From Vicinamibacterales bacterium (GTDB taxonomy: Bacteria > Acidobacteriota > Vicinamibacteria > Vicinamibacterales > 2-12-FULL-66-21), in NCBI GenBank assembly GCA_036556425.1, contig DATBJJ010000115.1, positions 626 to 64,625 on the forward strand: a DNA stretch of 64,000 nt, read 5' to 3'. This document shows, one piece after another, positions 49,549 through 61,204 of the stretch. The position numbers and the translations under genes are program-made. The notes under the pieces are model-generated. The model was not told where the DNA came from. It worked only from the letters and a program-made list of their open reading frames with translations, and did no database searches. Position 1 is the stretch's first letter. The number at the start of each line of letters is the position of its first letter.

Positions 49549-50184
49549 ATGTTCGACCGCACCAACACGCCGTCCAGCACCTCCGCTGCGAACGCCGGCT
49601 CGTCGCCGGCCGAGCGCGTGATGCGCATCGCGCCGCTCGATCTGAAGCAGCAGCGATTCCGCACCGCGCTGCGGGGCTTCGATCGCACCGAGGTCGTCGC
49701 CTTCCTCACCGAGGCGGCGGACGACTACGAGCACGCGCTGCGCGAAATCGATCGCCTGCGCCAGGATCTCCACCGACAGGAAGGGTTGCTCGCCGAGCAT
49801 CGCGATCGCGAGGCGAACCTCCGCAACACGCTCCTCACGGCGCAGCGCCTGGCCGACGAGATCAAGGAGTCGGCGCAGACGGAAGCGAAGCTGATCATCC
49901 GCGAGGCGCAGGGGCGCGCCGACCTCCTGCTGCAGAAAGCGCAGGGCCGCCTCGAGGAAGTCGAGCGCGACATCAACGAGCTGCGCCTGCGGCGCCGCGA
50001 CGTCGAGGGATCGCTCGAAGGATCGATCCAGGCGCTCTATCGCGCGCTCGAGTTCATCCGCGAACAGGATCGGTCGGACGACAAGGTCCTGCTCCATCGC
50101 CCCCGCCAGGCGGAACCGGCGCCGTCGGCGGCTCCCTCGCCCTGGCCGGCCGAGGCGTCGCGCGCGGCCGACGAGCGAGGGTAG
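49549..50184 (+). CDS. DivIVA domain-containing protein
   Basis: IAPLDLKQQRFRTALRGFDRTEVVAFL N-domain, coiled coil LRNTLLTAQRLADEIK. Confidence 0.88.
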   Translation: MFDRTNTPSSTSAANAGSSPAERVMRIAPLDLKQQRFRTALRGFDRTEVVAFLTEAADDYEHALREIDRLRQDLHRQEGLLAEHRDREANLRNTLLTAQRLADEIKESAQTEAKLIIREAQGRADLLLQKAQGRLEEVERDINELRLRRRDVEGSLEGSIQALYRALEFIREQDRSDDKVLLHRPRQAEPAPSAAPSPWPAEASRAADERG

Positions 50185-50187
50185 TCG

Positions 50188-51453
50188 CTGGATCTGATCT
50201 TCCGCAACTGCCGGCAGCTCGTCACGTGCGCCGGACCCGCGCCCCGCCGCGGCGCCGATCAAGGCCGGATCGAGATCGTCGCCGACGGCGCGCTCGCCAT
50301 TGCCGGAGGACGCGTCGCGTTCGCCGGCTCCACCGCCGAGCTCGATCGCAGCATCACACCCGGTCCATCGACCCGCGTCATCGACGCGCGCGACTGCTCC
50401 ATCGTCCCCGGCTTCGTCGATCCCCACACGCATGCGATCTTCGCCGGCGACCGCCGCGACGAGCTGCGCCGGCGTCTCGCGGGCGAGTCGTATGCGAGCA
50501 TCGCCGCGGCCGGCGGCGGGATCGTGTCGACCGTCGCCGCGACGCGCGACGCGAGCGAGGACGCGCTCGTCGAGATCGGACGCGCGCGCCTCGACGAAAT
50601 GCTCGCGTCCGGGACGACCACCTGCGAGATCAAGAGCGGCTACGGATTGGAGCTCGAGTCCGAGCTGAAGATCCTGCGCGCCATCCGGCGGCTGGACGCG
50701 GAGCACCCGATCGACATCGTGCCGACGTTCATGGGCGCGCACGAGGTTCCCCTCGACTATCGAACGCGGCGCGCGGACTACGTGAACCTCGTCGTCGACG
50801 AGATGATCCCCGCGGTGGCCGAGGCGCGGCTCGCCGCGTGGTGCGACGTATTCTGCGAGGGCGGCGTGTTCACGCCGGAAGAATCGCGCCGCATTCTCGA
50901 AGCGGGACGGCGTGCCGGCCTCGAAGCTCGCATCCATGCCGACGAGCTCGGTCCGAGCGGCGGATCGCGCGTCGCGGCGGATGTCGGCGCGCGATCGGCG
51001 GACCACTTGATCTTCGTGCCGCCCGACGGCATTCACGCGATGGCGCGCGCGAACGTCGCGGCAACGCTCCTCCCTGCGGCGGCCTTCTATCTGAAGCTCG
51101 GCCGGTTCGCGCCGGCCCGCGATCTGATTGCGGCGGGCGTCCCGGTGGCGCTCGCCAGCGACGTCAATCCGGGCGGAGGGTTCTCGCCGTCGATGCCGTT
51201 CGCGATCGCGCTGGGCTCGTTCGCGATGAACATGACGTTCGAGGAGGCGATCGCGGCCGCGACGATCAACGCGGCGTGGACGCTCGACAAGGCCGGCGAC
51301 GTCGGCAGCCTCGAGCCCGGCAAGCTCGCCGATGCGGTCATCGTCCGCGGCGAAGCGATCGATCTGATACGCGTCGGCGCACCGCCGATCGCCGCTGTCG
51401 TCAAACGAGGGAGAATCGTGGCTGGGGATCTCGACTCACATGCTCGCCACTAA
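50188..51453 (+). CDS. hutI: Imidazolonepropionase (probable CTG start)
   Basis: Frame open from 50185: LDLIFRNCRQLVT...PGFVDPHTH...GGGIVSTV, EIKSGYGL, GAHE, DVFCE, HADE, SADHL, ASDVNPG. Confidence 0.9.
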   Translation: MDLIFRNCRQLVTCAGPAPRRGADQGRIEIVADGALAIAGGRVAFAGSTAELDRSITPGPSTRVIDARDCSIVPGFVDPHTHAIFAGDRRDELRRRLAGESYASIAAAGGGIVSTVAATRDASEDALVEIGRARLDEMLASGTTTCEIKSGYGLELESELKILRAIRRLDAEHPIDIVPTFMGAHEVPLDYRTRRADYVNLVVDEMIPAVAEARLAAWCDVFCEGGVFTPEESRRILEAGRRAGLEARIHADELGPSGGSRVAADVGARSADHLIFVPPDGIHAMARANVAATLLPAAAFYLKLGRFAPARDLIAAGVPVALASDVNPGGGFSPSMPFAIALGSFAMNMTFEEAIAAATINAAWTLDKAGDVGSLEPGKLADAVIVRGEAIDLIRVGAPPIAAVVKRGRIVAGDLDSHARH

Positions 51454-52015
51454 GACGCTTTCCGCTCTGCTGGAAGACTTCCGCTCCTCCTCGCCGACAC
51501 CGGGCGGCGGATCCGCGGCGGCGCTGGCCGGCGCGCTCGGCGCGTCGCTCCTGACGATGGCCGCGAGCCTGCCGAACCCGCGCGCGATGACCGACGACGA
51601 GTTGCGGCATCTGCGCGACGCGGCGGCGGATTGCGCGGGCCTCGCGAAACAGCTCGAGGAGCTGATCGATCGCGACGCCGCGGCGTACGAAGCGGTCGTC
51701 GGTGCCTATCGATTGCCGAAGGGGACCGACGAGGAAAAGGCGCGGCGTTCGGCGCGGATTCAAGAAGCGATTCGAGGCGCGATCGGCGTGCCGCTCAACG
51801 TCATGGCGTCGGCCGCCGCGGCGCTGACCGTCGCGCGCGTGATCGCCCCCCTCGCGAACCCGAACGCGTCGAGCGATGTGAACGTGGGGATCGAGCTGCT
51901 GCGCGCGGCACGGCGCGGCGCGCAGCTCAACGTGGAGATCAACCTCGGAAGCGTGAAGGACAACGCGTATGCCGCCGAGGTCCGGCGGACGGTGGACGAT
52001 CTCCTCGCTCAGTGA
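51440..52015 (+). CDS. Formiminotetrahydrofolate cyclodeaminase / cyclohydrolase family (FTCD C-terminal)
   Basis: SSSPTPGGGSAAA, DRDAAAY..AYRLPK, NPNASSD, LNVEINL. Confidence 0.88.
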   Translation: MLATKTLSALLEDFRSSSPTPGGGSAAALAGALGASLLTMAASLPNPRAMTDDELRHLRDAAADCAGLAKQLEELIDRDAAAYEAVVGAYRLPKGTDEEKARRSARIQEAIRGAIGVPLNVMASAAAALTVARVIAPLANPNASSDVNVGIELLRAARRGAQLNVEINLGSVKDNAYAAEVRRTVDDLLAQ

Positions 52016-52650
52016 ATCTGGTGCAGCAGGCGATCCCAGCGCACGCGCGTGAAGATCGATCCGATCCCGTCGCCCTCGTAGGACCAATAGATCATCAGCG
52101 CCTTGCCCTTCACGTAGTGGCGAGGCAGATAGCCCCAGTAGCGGCTGTCCTGGGAGTTGTCGCGATTGTCGCCCATCATGAAGTACTGATCCGCGGGCAC
52201 CGTGATCGGGCCGTAGTGCTCGAGCACGTCCTTCGACGTGACTTCTGATGCCTCCGAGACGGCCGTGAGGAAGTGCACGTACGGCTCGGTGAGCGGCTCG
52301 CCGTTGATGTAGACCTTCTTCGCGCGCACTTCCAGCTTGTCGCCAGGCAGCCCGATCACACGCTTGATGAAATCGCGCTGCGGCTCCTCGGGATACTTGA
52401 AGACGACAATGTCGCCGCGGCGGATGTCGCGCACGGGCAGGATCGCGCGATCGATCGCGGACATCGTCGGGCCGTAGAGGAACTTGTTGACGAGCAGGTG
52501 ATCGCCGATGAGGAGGTTGTTTTCCATCGAGCCCGTCGGGATCTTGAAGGCCTGCACGACCCACGTCCGGACGAAGAGCGCGAGGATCACGGCGGTGACG
52601 ATCGCCTCGAAGTACTCGCGCACGGTCGACTTGCGAAATGTCTGGGCCAT
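52009..52650 (-). CDS. lepB: Signal peptidase I
   Basis: FKIPTGSMEN, FIKRVIGLPGD, MGDNRDNSQDSR. Confidence 0.96.
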   Translation of the reverse strand: MAQTFRKSTVREYFEAIVTAVILALFVRTWVVQAFKIPTGSMENNLLIGDHLLVNKFLYGPTMSAIDRAILPVRDIRRGDIVVFKYPEEPQRDFIKRVIGLPGDKLEVRAKKVYINGEPLTEPYVHFLTAVSEASEVTSKDVLEHYGPITVPADQYFMMGDNRDNSQDSRYWGYLPRHYVKGKALMIYWSYEGDGIGSIFTRVRWDRLLHQIH

Positions 52651-52659
52651 GGCTCCTCG

Positions 52660-54461
<1,802 letters not shown>

Positions 54462-54462
<1 letters not shown>

Positions 54463-55601
54463 TATCTCTGGTCCAGAGGCACGAACCGCTGCGGGTACTG
54501 CGGACCGATGTAGTCGGTCCGGGGGCGAATGAGCCGGTTGTTCGAGTACTGCTCGAGGCAGTGCGCCGTCCAGCCCGAGATCCGGCTGACCGCGAAGATC
54601 GGCGTGAACAGATCGATCGGAATGCCGAGCGTGTAGTACGTCGACGCGGAATAGAAGTCGACGTTCGGATACAGCTTCTTCTCGCCCGTGACGAGCTGCT
54701 CGATCCGGCGCGACATCTCGAACCAGCGCGTGTTGCCGGCGCGCTTGCCGAGCTCCTCGGACATGCGGCGCAGATGCGTCGCGCGCGGATCCTCGGTGCG
54801 ATACACGCGATGGCCGAACCCTGGAATCTTTTCCTTCCGCGCCAGCTTCGCGCGAATCGCGTCGTCGACCTTCTCCGGCGACGCGTCCTGCCCGATCTCG
54901 ATCAGCAGACGCATCACGTCGGCGTTCGCGCCGCCGTGGAGCGGCCCTTTCAGCGCGCCGATCGCGCCGACGATCGCGGAGTGCAAATCGGTCAGCGTCG
55001 CGGCGGCGACGCGCCCGGCGAACGTCGACGCGTTGAGCTCGTGATCCGCGTGGAGCACGAGCGCGATGTCGAACGCGCGCGTCGAGAGCGCATCCGGCCG
55101 CTTCCCCGTGAGCATGTACAGGAAATTCGCCGCGTGGCCGAGCGCCGGATCCGGTTGAATCGGTCCCCCGCCCGCCTGCACCCGGCCGTACGTCGCCACG
55201 AGGCTCGCGATCTGCCCGGTCAACCTGATCGCTTTGCGATAGTTCGCTTGCTGAGAATTGGCGGAGGCCTCGGGATCGTAGTGCCCGAGGATGGAGGTCA
55301 ACGTTCGCAGCGCATCCATCCCGTCGCCGGTTGGAAGCTGCTTCAGAAAGCGGAGCACCGGCTCGCCGAGCGGCCGCGCCGCCGCGAGCTCGGACTGCAG
55401 GTCGCCGAGCTCGGCGCGATTCGGCAGCCGCCCGTGCCACAGCAGGTAACAGACTTCTTCGAACGACGCGCCCTGCGCGAGGTCGTGGATGTCGTAGCCG
55501 TAGTACGCGAGGACACCGCGCGCGCCGTCGAGATAGCAAATGGCGGATGTCGCCGCAACGACGTCCTCCAGTCCTCCCTTGGGCTTCGCTTCGGTCGTCA
55601 T
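54462..55601 (-). CDS. gltA: Citrate synthase (type I/short form; could be methylcitrate synthase)
   Basis: [39 protein letters not shown]. Confidence 0.88.
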
Positions 55602-55623
55602 GTCTCGATCATATCAGGCCGCG

Positions 55624-56055
55624 TCACGCCTTCCGCAGCGCCGGCGACGTCGGCTTGTACAGCAGACCCACGATGCTCCCGTAGAGCGCGAATTCGACGA
55701 TGTTCTCGACCATCCACGAGATGAGCAGGGTCCCCGACACCGGCCAGACCATGTACTCCCAGATCTTGCCGAAGCAGCACAAGAGGATGCCGACGATCAC
55801 GCCGAACCGCAGTCCTTCCTGGAGACCGCTCCCGCCCTCGTACCCCTTCGCGTACGCGTACGCGAACGCGAAGAACCCCACCAGCGCGAACACGAACCCG
55901 ATCGGCAGAATCGCGTTCGCCTGATCTTCGGGCCGCATCACCGACCGGTGCGCCATGTAGACGTCCGCGAGGATGATCGTATGCACGACGAACGACACGC
56001 CCAGATACACCACCCAGGTCACGACCGCTGCAACCGCAACGCGCGCAAGATTCAT
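55624..56055 (-). CDS. Hypothetical four-TM membrane protein
   Basis: Four hydrophobic segments, GLQEGLRFG; SD AAGGAG upstream. Confidence 0.7.
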   Translation of the reverse strand: MNLARVAVAAVVTWVVYLGVSFVVHTIILADVYMAHRSVMRPEDQANAILPIGFVFALVGFFAFAYAYAKGYEGGSGLQEGLRFGVIVGILLCCFGKIWEYMVWPVSGTLLISWMVENIVEFALYGSIVGLLYKPTSPALRKA

Positions 56056-56088
56056 GGGCTGCTCCTTGCTCGATGGAGCGGAACTATA

Positions 56089-56154
56089 CCGCGATCCGCG
56101 GTCCGCCGCCCGCGGTCCGGACAGCGGAGAGCAAGCAGCGGACAGCGGATAGCG
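56089..56154. repeat. Inverted heptamer array (CCGCGGT / GCGGACA)
   Basis: ccgcgatccgcggtccgccgcccgcggtcc-ggacagcggagagc..gcagcggacagcggatagcg. Confidence 0.75.
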
Positions 56155-57648
56155 TTATTTCGCGACTTCTGGCGCCTGAATGATGTCTTCGTCCGTGAAC
56201 TGCTGGAGGATGGAGAGCAGCCCCGTGTAGAGGAAGCCCACCTGGAACAGCATCAGGAAGGGCAGCGTGCCGTAGATCTGGTTCGACAGCGCGTAGAACA
56301 CGGTCGCGGTGAAATACAAGCCGAGCGCGACCTCGACGATCGGCTGAATGCCGACGGACTGGTGGTACTTCTTCCCCGCCCATTCGTCGCCACTTCGCTC
56401 GATCCCGTACTTCGGCGTCCGCGCGAATTCGCTGTCCTTGCGGAACATCGCCTCGAGCACGGCGCGCGTGTTGTTCACGCAGAGGCCGATGCCAATCGAC
56501 ATCAGGAACGGCAAGTACTTCAAACGCTGACGCCAATCCGCGTACAGCTCGCGCTGCGAGACGATGTAGAAGTTGCCGACGGAAGCGGTCGCGGCGATGA
56601 AGAGCGGAACGTCGATCAGCATCATCTCCGACCACCCCATCGTGTAGCGCACGACCATCGCCGGGAACATCAGGAGCGACAGGAGCGACATCAACAGGTA
56701 GTTGAAATTCGCGGAGAGGTGAAAGAACGCTTCCGCCTTGACGCCGATCGGCTGCGACGATCGCAGGATCCGCGGCATCAGCTTGATGCACGTTTGAATC
56801 GAGCCCTTCGCCCAGCGATGCTGCTGCGACTTGAACGAATTCATCTCCACGGGGACTTCCGCCGGCGAGACGAGATCCGGCAGGAAGATGAACCGCCAGC
56901 CCTTCAGCTGCGCTCTGTAGCTGAGATCGAGATCCTCGGTGAGAGTGTCGTGCTGCCATCCGCCGGCGCTTGCAATGGCTTCACGGCGCCAGACGCCGGC
57001 TGTGCCGTTGAAGTTGAAGAAGCAGCCGGCACGATTGCGGCCGCCGTGCTCGAGCACGAAGTGCGCGTCGAGCAGGATCGATTGAATCCTCGTCAGCAGC
57101 GAGTAGTCGGGATTGAGGTGACCCCACCGCGCCTGGACCATGCCGACGCGCTCGTCCTGTTCGAAGTGGCCGAGCGTCCGCAGGAGAAAGTCCTTCGTGG
57201 GGACGAAGTCCGCGTCGAAGATCGCGATGAAGCGGCCCGACGCTTCCTTCAATCCGGCTTCGAGGGCGCCCGCCTTGAACCCGCGCCGATCGACGCGGTG
57301 CAGGTACTTGATATCGAATCCGCGCGCGGCATGACGCCGCACCGCGAGCTCGGCGATCTCCGTCGTCTCGTCCGTCGAGTCGTCCAGCACCTGGATCTCG
57401 AGCAGATCGCGCGGATAATCGAGCTCGCAGACCGCGTCGATCAAGCGGTCCGCGACGTACATCTCGTTGAAAATCGGGAGCTGGACGGTGACGGGCGGAA
57501 GCACGCGCGGCGGCGCCGCCGGACGCGGCACGTTGCCCTTGTGCTTCATGTAAAGATACACAAGGTAATACCTGTGCCACCCGTAAATGGCCAGGATGCT
57601 CAAGACGAAGAAGTACAGGACGAGAATCAGCGTCTCAGTTAGCGACAT
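56155..57648 (-). CDS. Processive GT2 glycosyltransferase (cellulose-synthase-like / CslA-like)
   Basis: VQLPIFNE, LDDSTD, KAGAL, FDADF, TEDLDLS, QQHRWAKG (D,D,D,QxxRW). Confidence 0.9.
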   Translation of the reverse strand: MSLTETLILVLYFFVLSILAIYGWHRYYLVYLYMKHKGNVPRPAAPPRVLPPVTVQLPIFNEMYVADRLIDAVCELDYPRDLLEIQVLDDSTDETTEIAELAVRRHAARGFDIKYLHRVDRRGFKAGALEAGLKEASGRFIAIFDADFVPTKDFLLRTLGHFEQDERVGMVQARWGHLNPDYSLLTRIQSILLDAHFVLEHGGRNRAGCFFNFNGTAGVWRREAIASAGGWQHDTLTEDLDLSYRAQLKGWRFIFLPDLVSPAEVPVEMNSFKSQQHRWAKGSIQTCIKLMPRILRSSQPIGVKAEAFFHLSANFNYLLMSLLSLLMFPAMVVRYTMGWSEMMLIDVPLFIAATASVGNFYIVSQRELYADWRQRLKYLPFLMSIGIGLCVNNTRAVLEAMFRKDSEFARTPKYGIERSGDEWAGKKYHQSVGIQPIVEVALGLYFTATVFYALSNQIYGTLPFLMLFQVGFLYTGLLSILQQFTDEDIIQAPEVAK

Positions 57649-57682
57649 AGAGTAAAGAGCCCGTCAACCTGCACAATCCTTC

Positions 57683-57712
57683 ATATTACTGTCGGGCTGA
57701 CCGCGAAGTCAA
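57683..57712 (-). promoter_or_regulatory. Possible sigma70 promoter of the GT2 gene
   Basis: Minus strand TTGACT, 18 nt spacer, TAATAT. Confidence 0.4.
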
Positions 57713-57745
57713 AGAACCCGGCGCGGACCAAGCACTTGGAGACGA

Positions 57746-58507
57746 ATGAAGCCCCACGTTCTTCGCTCGCTTCTGGCGGACGTTCACTCGGGCGCGACCA
57801 CGCCTGAGGCAGCGCACGACCGCATTCTTCAATATTTGCGCCAGGCACCGTTCGAGGACCTCGGGTACGCGCGCGTCGATCACCATCGCACCGCGCGCCA
57901 GGGATTTCCGGAAGTCGTTTTCGGGCCGGGAAAAACGCCAAATCAAATCGCCGGCATCGCGGAACGCATCGTCGCGGCGGGTAACAGCCTCCTCGTGACA
58001 CGCACCGATCGCGCCGCGTATGACGCCGTCGTCGCGCGTGTGGCTGAGGCAAAATTCCACGACCTGGCCAAAACCATTACGCTCCCGCTGGGAGACATGC
58101 CGGAGGGACGCGGGACGATTCTCGTCGCCGCCGCGGGGACCGCGGATTTGCCGGTTGCCGAAGAAGCGGCGATCTCCGCCGAGTTGATGGGCAACACCGT
58201 CGATCGTTTGTACGATGTCGGCGTCGCGGGGCTGCATCGCCTGCTCGCGGAGCACGCGCGATTGCTCGCCGCGCGGGTCATCGTCGTCGTTGCGGGCATG
58301 GAAGGCGCGCTCCCGAGCGTCGTGGGCGGACTCGTCGCGGTGCCCGTGATTGCGGTGCCGACGAGCGTCGGCTACGGCGCGAGCTTCGGCGGAATCACGG
58401 CGCTGCTCGCGATGCTCAATAGCTGCGCGAGCGGCGTATCGGTCGTGAACATCGACAATGGATTCGGCGCGGCGGCCGTCGCGAGCTCGATCAATCACCT
58501 GGACTGA
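57746..58507 (+). CDS. larB: Nickel pincer cofactor biosynthesis protein LarB
   Basis: ARVDHHR..GFPEVVFG.GK, AGTADLPVAEEA, DVGVAGLHRL, AGMEGALPS, PTSVGYG, VVNIDNGFGAA. Confidence 0.93.
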   Translation: MKPHVLRSLLADVHSGATTPEAAHDRILQYLRQAPFEDLGYARVDHHRTARQGFPEVVFGPGKTPNQIAGIAERIVAAGNSLLVTRTDRAAYDAVVARVAEAKFHDLAKTITLPLGDMPEGRGTILVAAAGTADLPVAEEAAISAELMGNTVDRLYDVGVAGLHRLLAEHARLLAARVIVVVAGMEGALPSVVGGLVAVPVIAVPTSVGYGASFGGITALLAMLNSCASGVSVVNIDNGFGAAAVASSINHLD

Positions 58508-58538
58508 GATCACCTGGACCGAGCACGAACCGTAAGCC

Positions 58539-58567
58539 TTGAGCAATGACCCGTTCGGAGATATAGT
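58539..58567 (+). promoter_or_regulatory. Probable sigma70 promoter of mutS2-dnaG-rpoD
   Basis: TTGAGC, 17 nt spacer, TATAGT. Confidence 0.5.
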
Positions 58568-58615
58568 TGAGGATCGGCCTGTCGCCCGTAGGCTCACCAC
58601 CCGCACAGAATCGAC

Positions 58616-61099
58616 ATGCAATCCGGCGCCCTGAGGGCTCTCGAATACGACCGCATCGTGGAAGCGGTTCGCCGACTCGCGCTGACGCCGCCGGGCGCGG
58701 CGCGGCTGTCGAAGCTCCAGCCCCTCGTCGACCCGCGCGACGTCGCCGCCGCGCTCGCGGCGACGTCCGAGACGGTGAGGTTCCTGCGGTCCGAGCACAT
58801 CGGATTGCAGGCGCCCGAGGAGCTCGACGCGATCCTGACGTCGCTCGCGGTGGAAGGACGCGTGCTCGAGCCCCAGGCGCTCGTCGCGCTCGCCGCGTTC
58901 CTCGGTTCCGTCGATCAGACGTCTCAGACGATTCGCCGCGCACGAAGCACGTACCCTCTGCTCGGCGCGATCGCCGAGACCGTCGCCAGCTTCGAGCAGG
59001 AGATCGCGGACATCCGCCGCAAGATCGGTCCCGCGTTCGAGGTCGTGGACGACGCGAGCCCGGAGCTTGCGAGCTTGCGCGATCGTTTGCGGAAGCAGCG
59101 CGCGCGGCTGCGCGGAACGCTCGAGTCGTACCTTCGCGGGCGCGACACCGCGAAGTACCTTCAGCAGCAGATCGTCACGGATCGCAACGGACGCTACGTC
59201 CTCGTCGTCCGCAGCGAGCACCGCACCGCGATTCCCGGCATCGTGCACGGCAGCTCGGGCAGCGGCGCGAGCCTCTTTCTCGAGCCGCTCAGCACCGTCG
59301 AGATCAACAACGACATCGTCGCGCTCGAGCAGCAGGAGGCGGAGGAAGTCCGCCGCATCCTGCTTGCGCTCGCTGACGCGATCCGGCGACGTCCGATCGA
59401 CGTGCAGCGAACCGTCGAGGCTTCGACCGAGCTCGACGGGCTGCAGGCGCGCGCGCGCTTCTCGATCCTCGTCGACGGGATGGCGCCGGCGATCGCCGCG
59501 GACGGCCGGCTGGAGCTCCGCGCAGCCAGGCATCCGCTCCTGATCGAAGCGGTGCGCCGTCATCTTGGAGATGAGAGCGAGGCGCCGGAATCCCAGACAA
59601 CGGACCGGCGGCCGCGGCCGGCAAGTCCAGTGCCCGTCGACGTCCTCTTGATCCCTCCGGTTCGCGTCCTCGTGATTACCGGACCGAACACCGGAGGCAA
59701 GACCGTCGCGCTCAAGACCGCGGGGCTGCTTCCGCTGATGGCGCAGTCGGGTCTGCTCATTCCAGTGGCGGATGGAACGCAAGTGCCCGTGTTCCAATCC
59801 GTCTTCGCCGACATCGGCGACGAGCAATCGATCGCGGAAAGCCTCAGCACGTTCTCCGGCCACATCTCGAACGTCGTCGCGATGGACCGCGGCCTCGCGC
59901 TGCCGGCGCTCGTGCTGCTCGACGAAGCCGGCGCCGGCACCGATCCCGTCGAGGGCGGCGCGCTCGCAATGGCGATGATCGACCACTTCCGATCCCGCGG
60001 CGCGATGGTCGTGGCGACGACGCACTACGATGCGTTGAAGACGTATGCGGCGACGACGGAGGGCGTGACGCCAGCGGGATTTGGATTCGATCCCGCGACG
60101 TTCGCGCCGACGTATCGGCTGAACTACGGCGCGCCGGGCAGCAGCCTCGCGCTGGAGATCGCCACGCGCCTGGGACTTCCGGGATCGATCATCGAGCAGG
60201 CGCGCCAGTATCGAAGCGTGCGTGAAGCGCAGCTCGCGGAGCACCTCGCGAAAGTGGAGCGCGATCTTCAGGCGCTCGAGCACGAGCGCCGGCTGGCCGC
60301 GCGCGAGCGCGCCGGCCTCGAAGAGACGTCGCTGCGCATGCAGGCGCGGGAACAGGATCTCAAGAATCGCGAAGAGACGTTCCGCCGCCGCCTCGACGAG
60401 CGGCTCGAGGATCGCCTTCGCGATGCGCGCCGCGAGATCGACGCCGTCGTCGGCGCGCTGCGGACGCGGACCGAAGCGATGGCGGCGGACGCCGAGCGGC
60501 GCGCCGCACGCTTGATTCCCACGGGCGAGACCGGTGCCGCGCGCGCCGAAGCCCGAGCCGCTGTCGATGCCATCGCCGACCGCGTGCGCAGCGGCGACGC
60601 CGAGGGCGCGAAGGCTGTCGAGCCGCCGGTCATCGCGGGCCGGGCGCCGGCGATCGGCGATCGCGTCCGCGTCGGCGCGCTGGGCCTGGAGGGCATCGTT
60701 CAGGCGCTGCACGATCGCGAGGCGGAGGTCGACGTGCGCGGCAAGCGCCTTCGCGCGAAGGTGGACGAGCTGCGCGTGCTCGCGGGCGCTCCCTCGACGC
60801 CTGCGCAGCCGCCGAAGGTCCGCGTCAACGTCGATCTGCAGCCGCGCGAAGGATCGCTCACCGAGCTGAACGTGATCGGCTGCCACGTGGACGAAGCCGT
60901 CTCGCGCGCGGAAAAGTTTCTCGACGAAGCGCTGCTGTCGGAGCTGAAGAGCGTCCGGCTGATTCACGGCTACGGCACCGGCCAGCTCCGGCGCGCGCTC
61001 GCGGAGTTCCTGCAGCGCCATCCATTCGTGACGAGCTTCGCCGCGGCGCCGCCTGAACACGGAGGCGGCGGCGTGACGGTGGTGGAGTTGAAAGAATAA
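58616..61099 (+). CDS. mutS2: Endonuclease MutS2 (with Smr domain)
   Basis: GIVHGSSGSGASLFLEP, ITGPNTGGKT, DIGDEQSI, LDEAGAGTDP, IHGYGTG..GGGGVT. Confidence 0.95.
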   Translation: MQSGALRALEYDRIVEAVRRLALTPPGAARLSKLQPLVDPRDVAAALAATSETVRFLRSEHIGLQAPEELDAILTSLAVEGRVLEPQALVALAAFLGSVDQTSQTIRRARSTYPLLGAIAETVASFEQEIADIRRKIGPAFEVVDDASPELASLRDRLRKQRARLRGTLESYLRGRDTAKYLQQQIVTDRNGRYVLVVRSEHRTAIPGIVHGSSGSGASLFLEPLSTVEINNDIVALEQQEAEEVRRILLALADAIRRRPIDVQRTVEASTELDGLQARARFSILVDGMAPAIAADGRLELRAARHPLLIEAVRRHLGDESEAPESQTTDRRPRPASPVPVDVLLIPPVRVLVITGPNTGGKTVALKTAGLLPLMAQSGLLIPVADGTQVPVFQSVFADIGDEQSIAESLSTFSGHISNVVAMDRGLALPALVLLDEAGAGTDPVEGGALAMAMIDHFRSRGAMVVATTHYDALKTYAATTEGVTPAGFGFDPATFAPTYRLNYGAPGSSLALEIATRLGLPGSIIEQARQYRSVREAQLAEHLAKVERDLQALEHERRLAARERAGLEETSLRMQAREQDLKNREETFRRRLDERLEDRLRDARREIDAVVGALRTRTEAMAADAERRAARLIPTGETGAARAEARAAVDAIADRVRSGDAEGAKAVEPPVIAGRAPAIGDRVRVGALGLEGIVQALHDREAEVDVRGKRLRAKVDELRVLAGAPSTPAQPPKVRVNVDLQPREGSLTELNVIGCHVDEAVSRAEKFLDEALLSELKSVRLIHGYGTGQLRRALAEFLQRHPFVTSFAAAPPEHGGGGVTVVELKE

Positions 61100-61104
61100 A
61101 GACC

Positions 61105-61202
61105 GCGGACAGCGGATCGCGGACTGCGGACTGCGGACTGCGGACAGCGGACAGCGGACTGCGGACAGCGGACAGCGGACTGCGGACAGCGGACAGCGGA
61201 AT
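61105..61202. repeat. Heptamer tandem array GCGGAC(A/T) x14
   Basis: 14 consecutive 7-bp units counted (two variants GCGGATC, GCGGAAT), filling the mutS2-dnaG spacer. Confidence 0.92.
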
Positions 61203-61204
61203 TA

